Shown: piece by piece, positions 11,940-21,923 of the stretch
How positions within the stretch are numbered: position 1 is the stretch's first letter
Layout: each line of letters starts with the position of its first letter
DNA from: an uncultured Clostridia bacterium
GTDB taxonomy: Bacteria > Bacillota > Clostridia > Oscillospirales > CAG-272
Length of the DNA stretch: 64,000 bases
NCBI GenBank assembly: GCA_937902275.1
Contig: CALFNW010000013.1
Location: forward strand, 5,782-69,781
Direction: 5' to 3'
Position numbers and translations under genes: made by a program
The notes under the pieces: generated by a model
What the model saw: the letters and a program-made list of their open reading frames with translations, nothing else
The model's database searches: none
What the model was told of the DNA's origin: nothing

Positions 11940-13697
11940 TTGATAAAAATGGTAAAAAAGCTTGCGGAATCTATCCGTGAGTTCAAACGCGACACAATAC
12001 TTACGCCTATTCTGATCGTCGGCGAAGTCATAATGGAATGTCTGATACCGTTTGTGATCGCAAAGCTCGTCGGCGTGATCCAAGCCGACGCCGATATCGC
12101 CGAAATATTGAAATACGGTCTTGTTCTCGTGCTGATGGCGTGCATATCGCTGGCTTTCGGTGCTATGGCGGGCAACACCTGCGCCTCCGCCTCCTGCGGA
12201 TTTGCAAAAAATCTGCGTCATGATATGTACAGCCGTATACAGGACTTTTCTTTTGAAAATATCGACCGTTTCTCGGCGTCTTCGTTAGTTACCCGAATGA
12301 CCACCGACGTCGCCAATGTGCAAATGGCATTTATGATGATCATTCGCATAGCCATAAGAAGCCCGCTCATGTTCATATTTGCGATCGTAATGTCGTTTAT
12401 AATGGGAGGTTCGCTTGCCCTTATGTTCGTGGTCGTGGTTCCGATACTTGCTTTCGGACTCTTTATGATCGCGCGCAAGGCAATGCCGCGCTTCCGCAGC
12501 GTTTTCAACAAATATGACGATCTGAACAGCTCCATTCAGGAAAACATCAAAGGAATGAGAGTTGTGAAGTCTTTCGTGCGCGAAAGCTTTGAAAAAACGA
12601 AATTCGACCGCGCCGCAAAGGATGTTTGCACCGATTTCACCAAAGCCGAGCGCATAGTCGCACTGAACTCCCCGCTTTTACAGCTCTGTCTTTACTTTGA
12701 CATGATCTTCGTGTTGCTTTTCGGCTCAAAGATCGTTATATCCTCTTTCGGACTTAAGATAAATGTCGGAGAGCTTTCAAGTATGCTCACATACGGCTTC
12801 ATGATACTCAGCTCGCTGATGATGCTGTCGATGGTGTACGTGATCATCACCATCTCGGCTGAATCGGCGCGCAGGATCACCGAGGTGCTTGAGGAAGAAC
12901 CGACGCTCACCTCTCCGAAAACAGCGGTGTCCGTTGTGCCAAACGGCGATATACGCTTTGAAAACGTTTCCTTTAAATACTCTGCGCACGCAAAGCGAAA
13001 TTCGCTTGAAAAGATCGACCTCACGATAAAGTCCGGCGAGACCATCGGTATTATCGGCGGCACCGGCTCGTCAAAATCCACGCTCGTACAGCTGATCCCG
13101 CGTCTCTACGACGCTACCGAGGGCAGTGTTTGCGTCGGCGGTCATAATGTAAAGGAATATGACCTTGAAGCACTGCGCAGTGCAGTCGCAATGGTACTTC
13201 AGAAAAATGTGCTCTTCTCGGGTACGATCAAGGAAAACCTACGTTGGGGCAACCCCGATGCCACCGATGAAGAAATGCGCGAAGCCTGCAGACTTGCGCA
13301 GGCGGACGAATTCATAAGCACCTTCCCCGACGGATATGACACCTATATCGAACAAGGCGGTGCCAACGTCTCCGGCGGTCAAAAGCAAAGACTTTGTATT
13401 GCGCGCGCCCTGCTCAAAAAGCCTAAGATTCTGATACTCGACGACTCGACGAGCGCGGTCGATACCCGTACCGACGCGCTTATCCGCCGCGGATTTTCCG
13501 AATTTATCCCCGAAACCACCAAAATTATAATTGCTCAGCGGATCGCTTCGGTCGAGGACGCCGACCGCATAATCGTAATGGACGGCGGCAAAATTTCCGA
13601 TATAGGAACTCACGCCGAACTTATGCGGACAAGTCCGATCTACCGTGAAGTCTATGAATCTCAGAACAAGGGAGGTGCGGACGATGAGAGGAAATAA
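11940..13697 (+). CDS. ABC exporter, fused permease/ATPase (heterodimer partner 1)
   Basis: Six-helix transmembrane domain followed by GGTGSSKST, VSGGQKQR and ILILDDSTSAVD. It overlaps the next paralogous gene. Confidence 0.9.
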   Translation: MIKMVKKLAESIREFKRDTILTPILIVGEVIMECLIPFVIAKLVGVIQADADIAEILKYGLVLVLMACISLAFGAMAGNTCASASCGFAKNLRHDMYSRIQDFSFENIDRFSASSLVTRMTTDVANVQMAFMMIIRIAIRSPLMFIFAIVMSFIMGGSLALMFVVVVPILAFGLFMIARKAMPRFRSVFNKYDDLNSSIQENIKGMRVVKSFVRESFEKTKFDRAAKDVCTDFTKAERIVALNSPLLQLCLYFDMIFVLLFGSKIVISSFGLKINVGELSSMLTYGFMILSSLMMLSMVYVIITISAESARRITEVLEEEPTLTSPKTAVSVVPNGDIRFENVSFKYSAHAKRNSLEKIDLTIKSGETIGIIGGTGSSKSTLVQLIPRLYDATEGSVCVGGHNVKEYDLEALRSAVAMVLQKNVLFSGTIKENLRWGNPDATDEEMREACRLAQADEFISTFPDGYDTYIEQGGANVSGGQKQRLCIARALLKKPKILILDDSTSAVDTRTDALIRRGFSEFIPETTKIIIAQRIASVEDADRIIVMDGGKISDIGTHAELMRTSPIYREVYESQNKGGADDERK

Positions 13698-15588
13698 AAA
13701 TCCCACGGGCGCCAAGCCCGGTACGCTTTTGCGCATATTCAAAGAGCTGTTTCACTTCTATCCCGTACTGCTGCCGATAATGATCATATGTATCATTTTC
13801 TCGGCGATCGTAAGCTCTGTCCCGGCGATCTTTATGCAGAATATTTTTGCGGTGATCGAAAGATTCACCGCGAGCGGAGATTTCGCCGCTGCAAAGCTTG
13901 AGATCGCACCGCAACTGCTCTTCCTCGGTTCAATGTATATTCTCTCGCTCATTTCGGCGTTTGCATATACACAGCTCGGAGCGTATATCACGCAAGGATT
14001 CCTCTATAAGCTGCGCAAAAAGATGTTTGACGGTATGGAGGAGCTGCCGATCAAATACTTCGACACCCATAATCACGGCGATATCATGAGCTATTACACC
14101 AACGATATCGACACGCTCAGACAGCTTGTATCGCAGTCTATGCCCCAACTTCTGACCTCTCTCGTGACCGTCGTGACCGTCTTTTATATAATGCTGCGTT
14201 TCAGCCTGTATATGACGCTCATTGTGGTGGCGGGAGTTACCGTAATGGTGTTCGTCACCAAAAAGATCGGCGGAAACTCGGCAAAATACTTTATCAAACA
14301 GCAACGCACGATCGGCAAAAGCGAAGGCTTTGTCGAGGAAATGATCAACGGTCAGAAAGTGATCAAAGTATTCTGCCATGAAGAAGCGGGAAAAGCTGAT
14401 TTTGAAAAGATCAACGACGAGCTGTTCCGCGACTCATGCAGTGCAAACAAGTACGCAAATATTCTGATGCCGATACTGAATAACATCGGCAACGTGCTTT
14501 ACGTGCTCGTTGCAATTTCGGGCGGAATATTTCTTGCCTCCGGAGCACGGAATATCGGACTTGCGGGACTTCCCTTTTCGATAAGCGTGGTCGTTCCTTT
14601 CCTTAATATGACAAAACAGTTCTCGGGTAACATCAGCCAGGTGTCGCAGCAGGTCAACTCGGTGGTAATGGGACTTGCAGGCGCTTCAAGAGTGTTTGAG
14701 CTTGTTGATGAGAAGCCAGAAACCGATGAAGGATACGTCACGCTTGTCAATGCCGAGACGCTCGCCGACGGAAGTATCACCGAAAGCGAAAAACGCACCG
14801 GAAGTTGGGCATGGAAGCATCCGCACGGCGACGGAAGCGTCACCTATACTCCCCTGTGCGGCGATGTGCGCATGACCGACGTTGATTTTGCTTACGAAGA
14901 AGGCAAAAACGTCCTGCACAACGTCACTCTGTACGCAGAGCCGGGTCAGAAGGTAGCGTTTGTCGGTGCGACAGGTGCCGGCAAGACAACGATCACCAAC
15001 CTCATCAACCGCTTCTACGATATTGCCGACGGCAAGATCAGATATGACGGAATCAATATCAACAAGATAAAGAAAGCCGACCTGCGCCGCTCGCTCGGCA
15101 TCGTGCTTCAGGACACCAACCTCTTTACCGGAACGGTAATGGACAACATCCGTTACGGCAAGCTTGACGCCACCGACGAAGAATGTATCGCCGCCGCAAA
15201 GCTTGCGGGTGCAGACGACTTTATTACCCGTCTGCCCGACGGATATGACACCAAGCTTACCGGAAACGGAGCGAACCTCTCTCAAGGTCAGCGTCAGCTT
15301 ATCGCGATCGCGCGTGCCGCCGTTGCCGATCCGCCCGTAATGATCCTTGACGAGGCAACCTCGTCGATCGATACGCGCACCGAAGCGATCGTTCAGCGCG
15401 GCATGGATAAGCTCATGGAAGGCAGAACGGTATTTGTCATCGCCCATCGCTTGTCCACCGTCAAAAATTCGGACGTGATAATGGTGCTTGACCACGGCAA
15501 AATAATCGAGCGCGGCAACCACGAAAAGCTTATCGCGGAACGCGGTACCTATTACCGCCTTTACACCGGCGCGTTTGAGCTTGAATGA
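13684..15588 (+). CDS. ABC exporter, fused permease/ATPase (heterodimer partner 2)
   Basis: Transmembrane domain followed by GATGAGKTT, LSQGQRQ and VMILDEATSSID. The ATG at 13684 is preceded by GGAGGTG and overlaps the upstream stop. Confidence 0.9.
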   Translation: MRGNKNPTGAKPGTLLRIFKELFHFYPVLLPIMIICIIFSAIVSSVPAIFMQNIFAVIERFTASGDFAAAKLEIAPQLLFLGSMYILSLISAFAYTQLGAYITQGFLYKLRKKMFDGMEELPIKYFDTHNHGDIMSYYTNDIDTLRQLVSQSMPQLLTSLVTVVTVFYIMLRFSLYMTLIVVAGVTVMVFVTKKIGGNSAKYFIKQQRTIGKSEGFVEEMINGQKVIKVFCHEEAGKADFEKINDELFRDSCSANKYANILMPILNNIGNVLYVLVAISGGIFLASGARNIGLAGLPFSISVVVPFLNMTKQFSGNISQVSQQVNSVVMGLAGASRVFELVDEKPETDEGYVTLVNAETLADGSITESEKRTGSWAWKHPHGDGSVTYTPLCGDVRMTDVDFAYEEGKNVLHNVTLYAEPGQKVAFVGATGAGKTTITNLINRFYDIADGKIRYDGININKIKKADLRRSLGIVLQDTNLFTGTVMDNIRYGKLDATDEECIAAAKLAGADDFITRLPDGYDTKLTGNGANLSQGQRQLIAIARAAVADPPVMILDEATSSIDTRTEAIVQRGMDKLMEGRTVFVIAHRLSTVKNSDVIMVLDHGKIIERGNHEKLIAERGTYYRLYTGAFELE

Positions 15589-15610
15589 TCGGTCCTTAAA
15601 TATCACATAC

Positions 15611-15651
15611 AAACGGAGACCGCGGGAAATCCGCAGTCTCCGTTTGCTTTT
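15611..15651. terminator. Bidirectional intrinsic terminator
   Basis: AAACGGAGAC.GCGG pairs with CCGC.GTCTCCGTTT, with a T-run, between convergent genes. Confidence 0.75.
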
Positions 15652-15662
15652 TACTTATTCTG

Positions 15663-16691
15663 TCAGTTTTCATTCGGATTAACTATATACTTTCCGAGGC
15701 GTCTTTGAGCCTTGTCCGCAAGCAATGACGGCAGCCGGTCAAGCGGGAGCTTGCCGTAGATCATAGATGAAACGTCGATTCGCCGCGAGTCTATAAGCTT
15801 TATCGCTTTCTCCTCCGTATACGGATTTATGTACGACGCTTTTATTTCAAGCTCTTTTTTGAACACCTCAAACGGCTTCAATTGCATAACGGCCCCCGGC
15901 GCGGTAAGTCCGAACAACATCACCGTCGCTTTTTTACCGGCAAGGCGGACCGCTTCTTCCATAGTGGAAACAAGCCCCGCACATTCGATAACCTTGTCAA
16001 TATTTTCAAAACCGTGCGCGGCGAGCACCTCATCCGCTTTCTGAACAGCAGGATCGATTGCAAGCTCTGCGCCGAGCTTTATCGCCATTGCACGCTTTTC
16101 GGTGTCCGGCTCGATCACCGCGACCCTTGCTGCGCCCGAAAGCTTTGCAAGCTCTGTCATCAACATGCCGATCATTCCGCAGCCTATGATCACAACATTG
16201 TCGCTGTATTCAATATGACAAAGCTCAATACCGTGCAGACAGCATGAGACCGGCTCAGCCATCGCCGCTTCATCAAAAGTCGTACTATCGGCAATTTTCA
16301 AAGCCTGACTCTCCGGAACCGCGCAGTATTCGGCAAAACCGCCATTGACCGTAGTGCCGATACCCGTCATCTGCTCGCAGAAGTGTCCGACCCCGCTTCG
16401 GCAAAAACGGCAGGCTCCGCAGAGCTTGTTCGGGTCAACGCACACCCGATCGCCCGGTTTGATATGCCTGACCCTTGAACCGACCGCTTCGACCATTCCG
16501 GAGAACTCGTGTCCGAGCACGGTTCCCGCAGGAGTTGCCGCCGCCCCCTCGTCTCCCTCAAATATGTGCACGTCGGTTCCGCAGATCCCGCACGCCATAA
16601 CCTTGATAAGCACCTCGTCCGCTCCCGGGACGGGCTTGTTTATTTCTTCGATCCTCAGATCATGTTTTCCGTAAAATACAGCCGCTTTCAT
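15663..16691 (-). CDS. Zinc-dependent alcohol/polyol dehydrogenase (MDR family)
   Basis: GICGTDVH catalytic-zinc motif, GHEFSG, a structural-zinc Cys cluster (C..C..C.......C) and a GCGMIG Rossmann motif. Confidence 0.85.
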   Translation of the reverse strand: MKAAVFYGKHDLRIEEINKPVPGADEVLIKVMACGICGTDVHIFEGDEGAAATPAGTVLGHEFSGMVEAVGSRVRHIKPGDRVCVDPNKLCGACRFCRSGVGHFCEQMTGIGTTVNGGFAEYCAVPESQALKIADSTTFDEAAMAEPVSCCLHGIELCHIEYSDNVVIIGCGMIGMLMTELAKLSGAARVAVIEPDTEKRAMAIKLGAELAIDPAVQKADEVLAAHGFENIDKVIECAGLVSTMEEAVRLAGKKATVMLFGLTAPGAVMQLKPFEVFKKELEIKASYINPYTEEKAIKLIDSRRIDVSSMIYGKLPLDRLPSLLADKAQRRLGKYIVNPNEN

Positions 16692-16755
16692 CTTTCTCTC
16701 CGCGCCGCCGTCGGCGGCTCATAAAACAATCAGCAATTTTCGTGTCGCCGTTCTT

Positions 16756-17604
16756 TTACAATGTGCAGGGGATCGCGCATCTTTTCTTGTAATAATACAC
16801 GTTTTCAAAGCCAAGCGATTTAAGTTCTTTCAGAGCACCGTCGAAATTTCCGGCACAATCGCGGGCGATATGCGCATCCGAACCGAGAGTGATCAATTCA
16901 CCGCCGAGCCGCTTATACTCCGCAATTATCCACTGCTCGGGCATATACTCGTCATATATGCTGCCTAAGTTCGAGGTGTTGACCTCCAAAGCAACGCCGC
17001 GTGAAATTATCTGTTTCAGAATCGCGGTTATTTCCGCCGAATACTCTCGGGGATCTGCCTTAAAGCCGTATTTGCCGACTACATATCTGAACGGGCAGGT
17101 CAGATGCGCCGCAATGTCAAAATCCGATACCTCAAGCATATGCGCATAATCGGCAAAGTAGGTCAGAAGATAGCCGTGCCGCTCGGCATCATTCATCTTC
17201 CCGAAATCTATTTTACTGTACGGCATCTCAAAACCCTTGAAACGGGCGGCGTGGACCGAACCTATAACAACGTCAAAATCATACTTATCAATAAGCCGCG
17301 CGGTATACTCGGGGTAATAAAAGCCCTCTCCCATTTCAACGCCGCGCAGGATCTCAACTCCGCGCTCGCCGCATTCCTCTATCGCTTGCATTGACTTGCC
17401 TATCACATCGTCAACATCAATTCTTTCAATGAACTCAATATCCGCATGATCGGTAACGGCAAAGCCGCAAAGTCCTGCCGCCTTGGCTGCCCTTGCCATT
17501 TCGGAAAGAGGACATTCGGAATCGTGCGACGCCGCGCTGTGCGTATGCATATCATAAATTTTGCCCTTAAGCGCGCCGCTCAGAATACGCTTATCTTCGC
17601 TCAT
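16756..17604 (-). CDS. PHP-family phosphatase (histidinol-phosphatase HisJ-like)
   Basis: DMHTHS at the N-terminus, plus VTDH and GSDAH metal-ligand motifs typical of PHP phosphoesterases. Confidence 0.75.
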   Translation of the reverse strand: MSEDKRILSGALKGKIYDMHTHSAASHDSECPLSEMARAAKAAGLCGFAVTDHADIEFIERIDVDDVIGKSMQAIEECGERGVEILRGVEMGEGFYYPEYTARLIDKYDFDVVIGSVHAARFKGFEMPYSKIDFGKMNDAERHGYLLTYFADYAHMLEVSDFDIAAHLTCPFRYVVGKYGFKADPREYSAEITAILKQIISRGVALEVNTSNLGSIYDEYMPEQWIIAEYKRLGGELITLGSDAHIARDCAGNFDGALKELKSLGFENVYYYKKRCAIPCTL

Positions 17605-17642
17605 TTACATCATTCCTTCCGTAATCGACTTATTTGCAGGTG

Positions 17643-17671
17643 TTGACAGTCGGTTTTATGTAGTATATAAT
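17643..17671 (+). promoter_or_regulatory. Sigma-A type promoter of the DeoR regulator gene
   Basis: TTGACA (17643-17648), a 17-nt spacer, then TATAAT (17666-17671). Confidence 0.55.
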
Positions 17672-17767
17672 AATCCAAAGCGCTCATTCGGTCAATAATC
17701 GCCGCAATAAATGGCAAAATGCGCATATTATTGAGCGTTTCCGGCAAAAATCGGAGGTTAAACAGTC

Positions 17768-18502
17768 ATGAACAAAGAACGCGAACGCGAAATACTCAAA
17801 ATATTGCTTGCTCAGAAAAAGGTCGCCGTATCAGAGCTTGCCGCACGGCTGTATGCCGGCGAATCATCGATACGCCGCGATCTGGCAAGTCTTGAGCATC
17901 AACGTCTTATTAAGCGCGTCCACGGCGGCGCGGTGCTTGAAGAAAGCAGCCTTTCGGCGCTTAAGATACCCTTTGTTATACGTGAGCTTGAAGAGTCCGA
18001 AGCCAAAGTCACCATGGCAAGAGCCGCCGCAGAATACGTAAAGGATTATGATGTGATCTTCCTTGACGCTTCTTCAAGCGCGTATAATCTCGTTCCGTTT
18101 TTGGCGGTAAAAAATCATATAACCGTTATGACGAGCGGTATCAAGACTCTGCTTGCTCTCGGAGAGTACGGGATCAAGGCAATAAGCACCGGCGGCGAGC
18201 TTATCGCTTCCTGTCAATCGCTCGTAGGAGAGGCGGCATATAAAAGCATTGCCTCGATAAACGCTGATATCTGCTTTTTCTCCTGCCGCGGACTTGACCT
18301 TGACGGACGGCTGACCGATATTTCCGACAGCGAAAATATCGTCAGACAGCGAATGATCGAATTTTCAAGACGATCATATTTGTTGTGCGCCAAAAGCAAA
18401 CTCGAAAAAAAATATTTTCACAATCTCTGCCGCGCCGACGACATCAGCGGCATAATCAGCGAAGCGCCGCTTCCTTCGCCGCTTGCAAAATATCAGGCTT
18501 AA
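17768..18502 (+). CDS. DeoR family transcriptional regulator
   Basis: An N-terminal winged HTH (V.ELA..L..SE.SIRRDL..LE....I.R.HGGA) plus a C-terminal DeoR sugar-phosphate sensor domain. Confidence 0.85.
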   Translation: MNKEREREILKILLAQKKVAVSELAARLYAGESSIRRDLASLEHQRLIKRVHGGAVLEESSLSALKIPFVIRELEESEAKVTMARAAAEYVKDYDVIFLDASSSAYNLVPFLAVKNHITVMTSGIKTLLALGEYGIKAISTGGELIASCQSLVGEAAYKSIASINADICFFSCRGLDLDGRLTDISDSENIVRQRMIEFSRRSYLLCAKSKLEKKYFHNLCRADDISGIISEAPLPSPLAKYQA

Positions 18503-18600
18503 AATATCAAAGATCTCCGTTTATAGTCCGACTTTACGAAATATTCGAAAGCCGCCGATAAACGGAGATCAAATCAGACATTATTTAACAGTGAACAAGG

Positions 18601-20016
18601 TCAGTGCGTCAGGAAGAACATCGCCGCAAAGAGGAGCGAAATGATGACCGTGCCGACCTTGATCTCGCGTGCCTTGCCCATCAGGAGCTTGATCAACACA
18701 TATGAGATAAGACCGAAAGCAATACCGTAAGAAATATTATATGAAAACGGCATCATGGCAAGCGTCAGGAATGCCGGAAGCGCCACTTCGGGATCGTTCC
18801 ACTCGATATCCTTAACACATCCTATCATAAGTATTCCGACATAGATAAGCGCGGCGGCATATGCGCACGCCGGTATCAGCGACGCAAGCGGCGAAAGGAA
18901 CATGGCGATAAGGAAGAAAAGCGCAGTAAATATTGAAGTGAGTCCGGTACGGCCGCCGACCGCAATACCCGATGACGATTCAACAAAAGTGGTAACGGTT
19001 GAAGTACCGCAAACCGAACCTGCGCAGGTCGCGATCGCGTCTGCAAGCATCGCGCGGTCCATATTCGGAACCTCGTCCTCGCCATTCGCATTTTTTACAA
19101 GCATATTTCCGCCGCGGCAAGCGCCGTAAAGCGTTCCGAGTGTGTCAAACATATCAACCATGCAAAAAGCGAGCGCGGTAGTAATGAAAGTGATCACCAA
19201 CCCGCTCACGGTATGACCGGTCTCGGGTGCAAGATACGCCGAAAAGTCAAAGCCCTCGGTAAAGACCTTGCCGAACGCCAACTTTGCGAAATCGCCGAAA
19301 GCCGCAAGCGGATTAAGCGAACTCCCCGCCATGAAACCGTCATAGAAGCCTTCAACGGTAAAGCCGAGCAAATAGTAAACCGCCGCACCGCCGAGCACAC
19401 CGAGCAGAATCGCTCCGCGCACATTACGTTTTGAAAGCACCGCGATAACGATCACCGCCGCTATGGTCACCAGCATAGGCATAATATCCGCCCACTTCGC
19501 ACCGCCGAGCAGGTTGAACGAGTTGAGCGTCACACCGGTCGAAGAGCTTGCAATTACTATTTTGGCGTCCTGGAAGCCGAGCATTGCAATGAAAAGTCCT
19601 ATGCCCGCCGGGATCGCCGCTTTGACCGCATGAGGGATCGCATCAAAGATCAGTCTGCGAAGTCCGGTAACGGTAAGCAGTACAAATATTATACCGTCGG
19701 CAAGCACGAACAATAATGCGTTCGCATATGTAAAGCCGAGACCGAAACAGACCGTGTAGACAAAGAATGCATTGAGTCCCATTCCGCTTGCCTGTGCGAG
19801 CGGAAGATTGGCAAGCAATCCGATAAGCAGGGTGCCGATGACTGCCGACAGCGCCGTTGCAATGTATATCGCATTATACGACACCGTACCTAAGTCTGCA
19901 AACATTCCGGAGTTGACCATAAGAATGTACGCCATTGCCATAAACGTGGTCAGTCCCGCGGCAAATTCGGTGCGCACGGTAGTACCGCGTTCTTTGAGCT
20001 TGAAAAACTTTTCCAT
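18601..20016 (-). CDS. NCS2 (AzgA/PbuG-type) purine nucleobase permease
   Basis: The typical N-terminus F.L.ERGTTVRTE..AG.TTF..MAYI..VN and about 13 transmembrane segments. The ATG at 20016 was chosen because the upstream extension has no homology pattern. Confidence 0.85.
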   Translation of the reverse strand: MEKFFKLKERGTTVRTEFAAGLTTFMAMAYILMVNSGMFADLGTVSYNAIYIATALSAVIGTLLIGLLANLPLAQASGMGLNAFFVYTVCFGLGFTYANALLFVLADGIIFVLLTVTGLRRLIFDAIPHAVKAAIPAGIGLFIAMLGFQDAKIVIASSSTGVTLNSFNLLGGAKWADIMPMLVTIAAVIVIAVLSKRNVRGAILLGVLGGAAVYYLLGFTVEGFYDGFMAGSSLNPLAAFGDFAKLAFGKVFTEGFDFSAYLAPETGHTVSGLVITFITTALAFCMVDMFDTLGTLYGACRGGNMLVKNANGEDEVPNMDRAMLADAIATCAGSVCGTSTVTTFVESSSGIAVGGRTGLTSIFTALFFLIAMFLSPLASLIPACAYAAALIYVGILMIGCVKDIEWNDPEVALPAFLTLAMMPFSYNISYGIAFGLISYVLIKLLMGKAREIKVGTVIISLLFAAMFFLTH

Positions 20017-20148
20017 AACAGCATCTTCTATCGGCGTAGCCGACTCAACAAATATTGCGCGAAGCGTAAGGCAATGCCTGTCCGAACCTTTCACGCCGCT
20101 TTCAGAATAACGCAACTTGCGAGTTTTTTGTAATTATATATCCTGACT

Positions 20149-21450
20149 TCAGTGCACGTTTTCAATAGCCTCGGCGGAAATCGAAACTCCGCGCGCTTTT
20201 GTACCCGTGCCCTCCGACTGTCCGCGGAAGGTAAGCTTAAGAAGTATCGGGCAAAGCACCGAAGATATAATTATCAGGCAGATCGTGGCAACCAGCGGAT
20301 CTATTCCGAGCAGGGCACCGTCGGCGCCGAAGTAGATAAGCTCCTTACCGGCGGCATATACCGCGAGCGCGACCTCGCCGCGTGCAATCATTCCGCAGCC
20401 GATCGACAGTGCTTCGTGAGGCGTATAACCAAAAGGCAATGACACCGCACCGCAACCGACGATCTTACCTATGATCCCGAGCGCGACAAATACTAAAGCG
20501 AACAAAAGTCCGCTCGGCTTGAAGCCCGAAAAATCGGCGCTGATACCGATATATGCAAAAAACATCGGAGTGAACAACATATATCCGCTGACAATCACCT
20601 TGCGGTCAACCACAGAACCTTCGTCGATCCCGCTGAGCATAAGTCCCGCCATGTACGCACCGGTTATAGCCGCGATGCCGAAAAATTCTTCGGCGCAGTA
20701 CGCGTATATAAAACACATCGCAAGCGCGAATATGCTCGTTCTGCGTTTGTGCGGATATAATTTCACAAGCTGCTTGAAAAGCAGTCTGAGCAATATTCCG
20801 AGTCCGATCGTAAACGCGAAAAAGCCCGCCGCTTTAAGTAACGTGATCCCGATGCTTCCGCCGCCGTTGAGTCCGGTGATAAGGCTGAGCAGGATTATGC
20901 CGAGCACATCATCGATTATAGCCGCAGAAAGTACGGTAGTCCCGGCCTTCGTATTGAGCTTACCTAACTCACGCAGAGTTTCGACGGTTATACCCACGCT
21001 CGTTGCCGACAGGATGCAACCGATAAACAGTGCGTTCATAAGCTTGTTATGGTCAGCGGCTTCACCGAGACCGCCCATAAACATAAGCGCTCCGACCGTT
21101 CCGAGTGCCACGGGAAGCAACACCCCGGCGCAGGCAACTGCGGTAGCAGCGGCTCCGCTGCGCTTCAATTCCCCGAAATCGGTTTCAAGTCCGCTTGAAA
21201 AGAGAATGAACACCACGCCTATCTGCGATAAGCTTTGAAGCACTTTCATCTCAGCCTCGCTCGGCGATACGATCCCGTGAAAATTCGGGATCATTCCGCC
21301 GCCGAGCAACGCAGGCCCGATCAGCAGACCGGCAATTATCATGCCGACCACCTGCGGCAGTCCGAGCTTTCGCGTGAACATACCGAGCAGTTTTGTCGCC
21401 AAAAGAATTATGCCGCAGTAAAGCAGTATATTCATTACGTTAAATTCCAT
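20149..21450 (-). CDS. Cation:proton antiporter (CPA2/Kef-NapA type)
   Basis: 433-aa polytopic protein whose N-terminal L.LP.VVG.I.AG...GP motif is typical of Na+/H+ exchanger family proteins. Confidence 0.8.
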   Translation of the reverse strand: MEFNVMNILLYCGIILLATKLLGMFTRKLGLPQVVGMIIAGLLIGPALLGGGMIPNFHGIVSPSEAEMKVLQSLSQIGVVFILFSSGLETDFGELKRSGAAATAVACAGVLLPVALGTVGALMFMGGLGEAADHNKLMNALFIGCILSATSVGITVETLRELGKLNTKAGTTVLSAAIIDDVLGIILLSLITGLNGGGSIGITLLKAAGFFAFTIGLGILLRLLFKQLVKLYPHKRRTSIFALAMCFIYAYCAEEFFGIAAITGAYMAGLMLSGIDEGSVVDRKVIVSGYMLFTPMFFAYIGISADFSGFKPSGLLFALVFVALGIIGKIVGCGAVSLPFGYTPHEALSIGCGMIARGEVALAVYAAGKELIYFGADGALLGIDPLVATICLIIISSVLCPILLKLTFRGQSEGTGTKARGVSISAEAIENVH

Positions 21451-21595
21451 TTATTACTCCTAAGCCGTTACCGGCTTGATCCTCTGAGCGGTGCTCAGGA
21501 TTATTCCGAAAGCACGGAATACATAATATAAAGAAACAACAAGATATAATTTATCACAAATCGACCTTTATGTCAATCTTTTTTCAAAAACTTTC

Positions 21596-21625
21596 TTGAC
21601 AAACGGCTTGCCTGTGAGGTATAAT
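21596..21625 (+). promoter_or_regulatory. Sigma-A type promoter of the thrS leader
   Basis: TTGACA (21596-21601), an 18-nt spacer, then TATAAT (21620-21625). Confidence 0.6.
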
Positions 21626-21631
21626 GTCAAC

Positions 21632-21842
21632 ATACGGAGGACACTCCGTATGCGTGCGGACATGACCGCGCGAAAATACTGTCCACAGAGAGCGGCAGAC
21701 GCTGAAAAGCCGCGGCAGTATCGCGAAGGTTACCACCGCATTGCATTACAAACTTATACCAAAGAGTTAAACGCTCGGGTGGAACCGTGCGGAAGTTTTG
21801 TATTTCCACACCCCGGACAAAATTGTCCGGGGTGTTTTTGTC
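21632..21842 (+). promoter_or_regulatory. T-box riboswitch leader (probable Thr specifier ACC)
   Basis: A Stem I AGAGAG element (CAGAGAGCGGCAGACGCTGAAAAGCCGC), a T-box sequence GGGTGGAACCGTGCGG (about 21777-21792) and a terminator ACACCCCGGAC/GTCCGGGGTGT plus TTTTT. It lies upstream of thrS. Confidence 0.8.
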
Positions 21843-21923
21843 TCGGACAAGTACATCGGAGCCGACGTTCAGATTCACCGTCGGTTCAATTCCAAAGTAC
21901 CGATACATTACGGAGGTAGAATT

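Noticed and set aside
13645-13683. The longer start for the second ABC exporter gene, plus similar 5' extensions in the ORF track (1584, 2372, 4989, 21798, 20115, 43375, 44247, 47244, 11727).
   Set aside because: The extensions lack homology-like sequence, often begin with non-ATG codons and have no SD. In each case an internal ATG with a good SD matches the expected N-terminus of the protein family.
20017-20148. A purine riboswitch upstream of the NCS2 nucleobase permease.
   Set aside because: I could not find the conserved purine-riboswitch loops or junction, which would include the U-rich junction and paired loops L2 and L3. The 132-nt spacer instead contains the GC-hairpin-plus-SD motif seen at many other genes.
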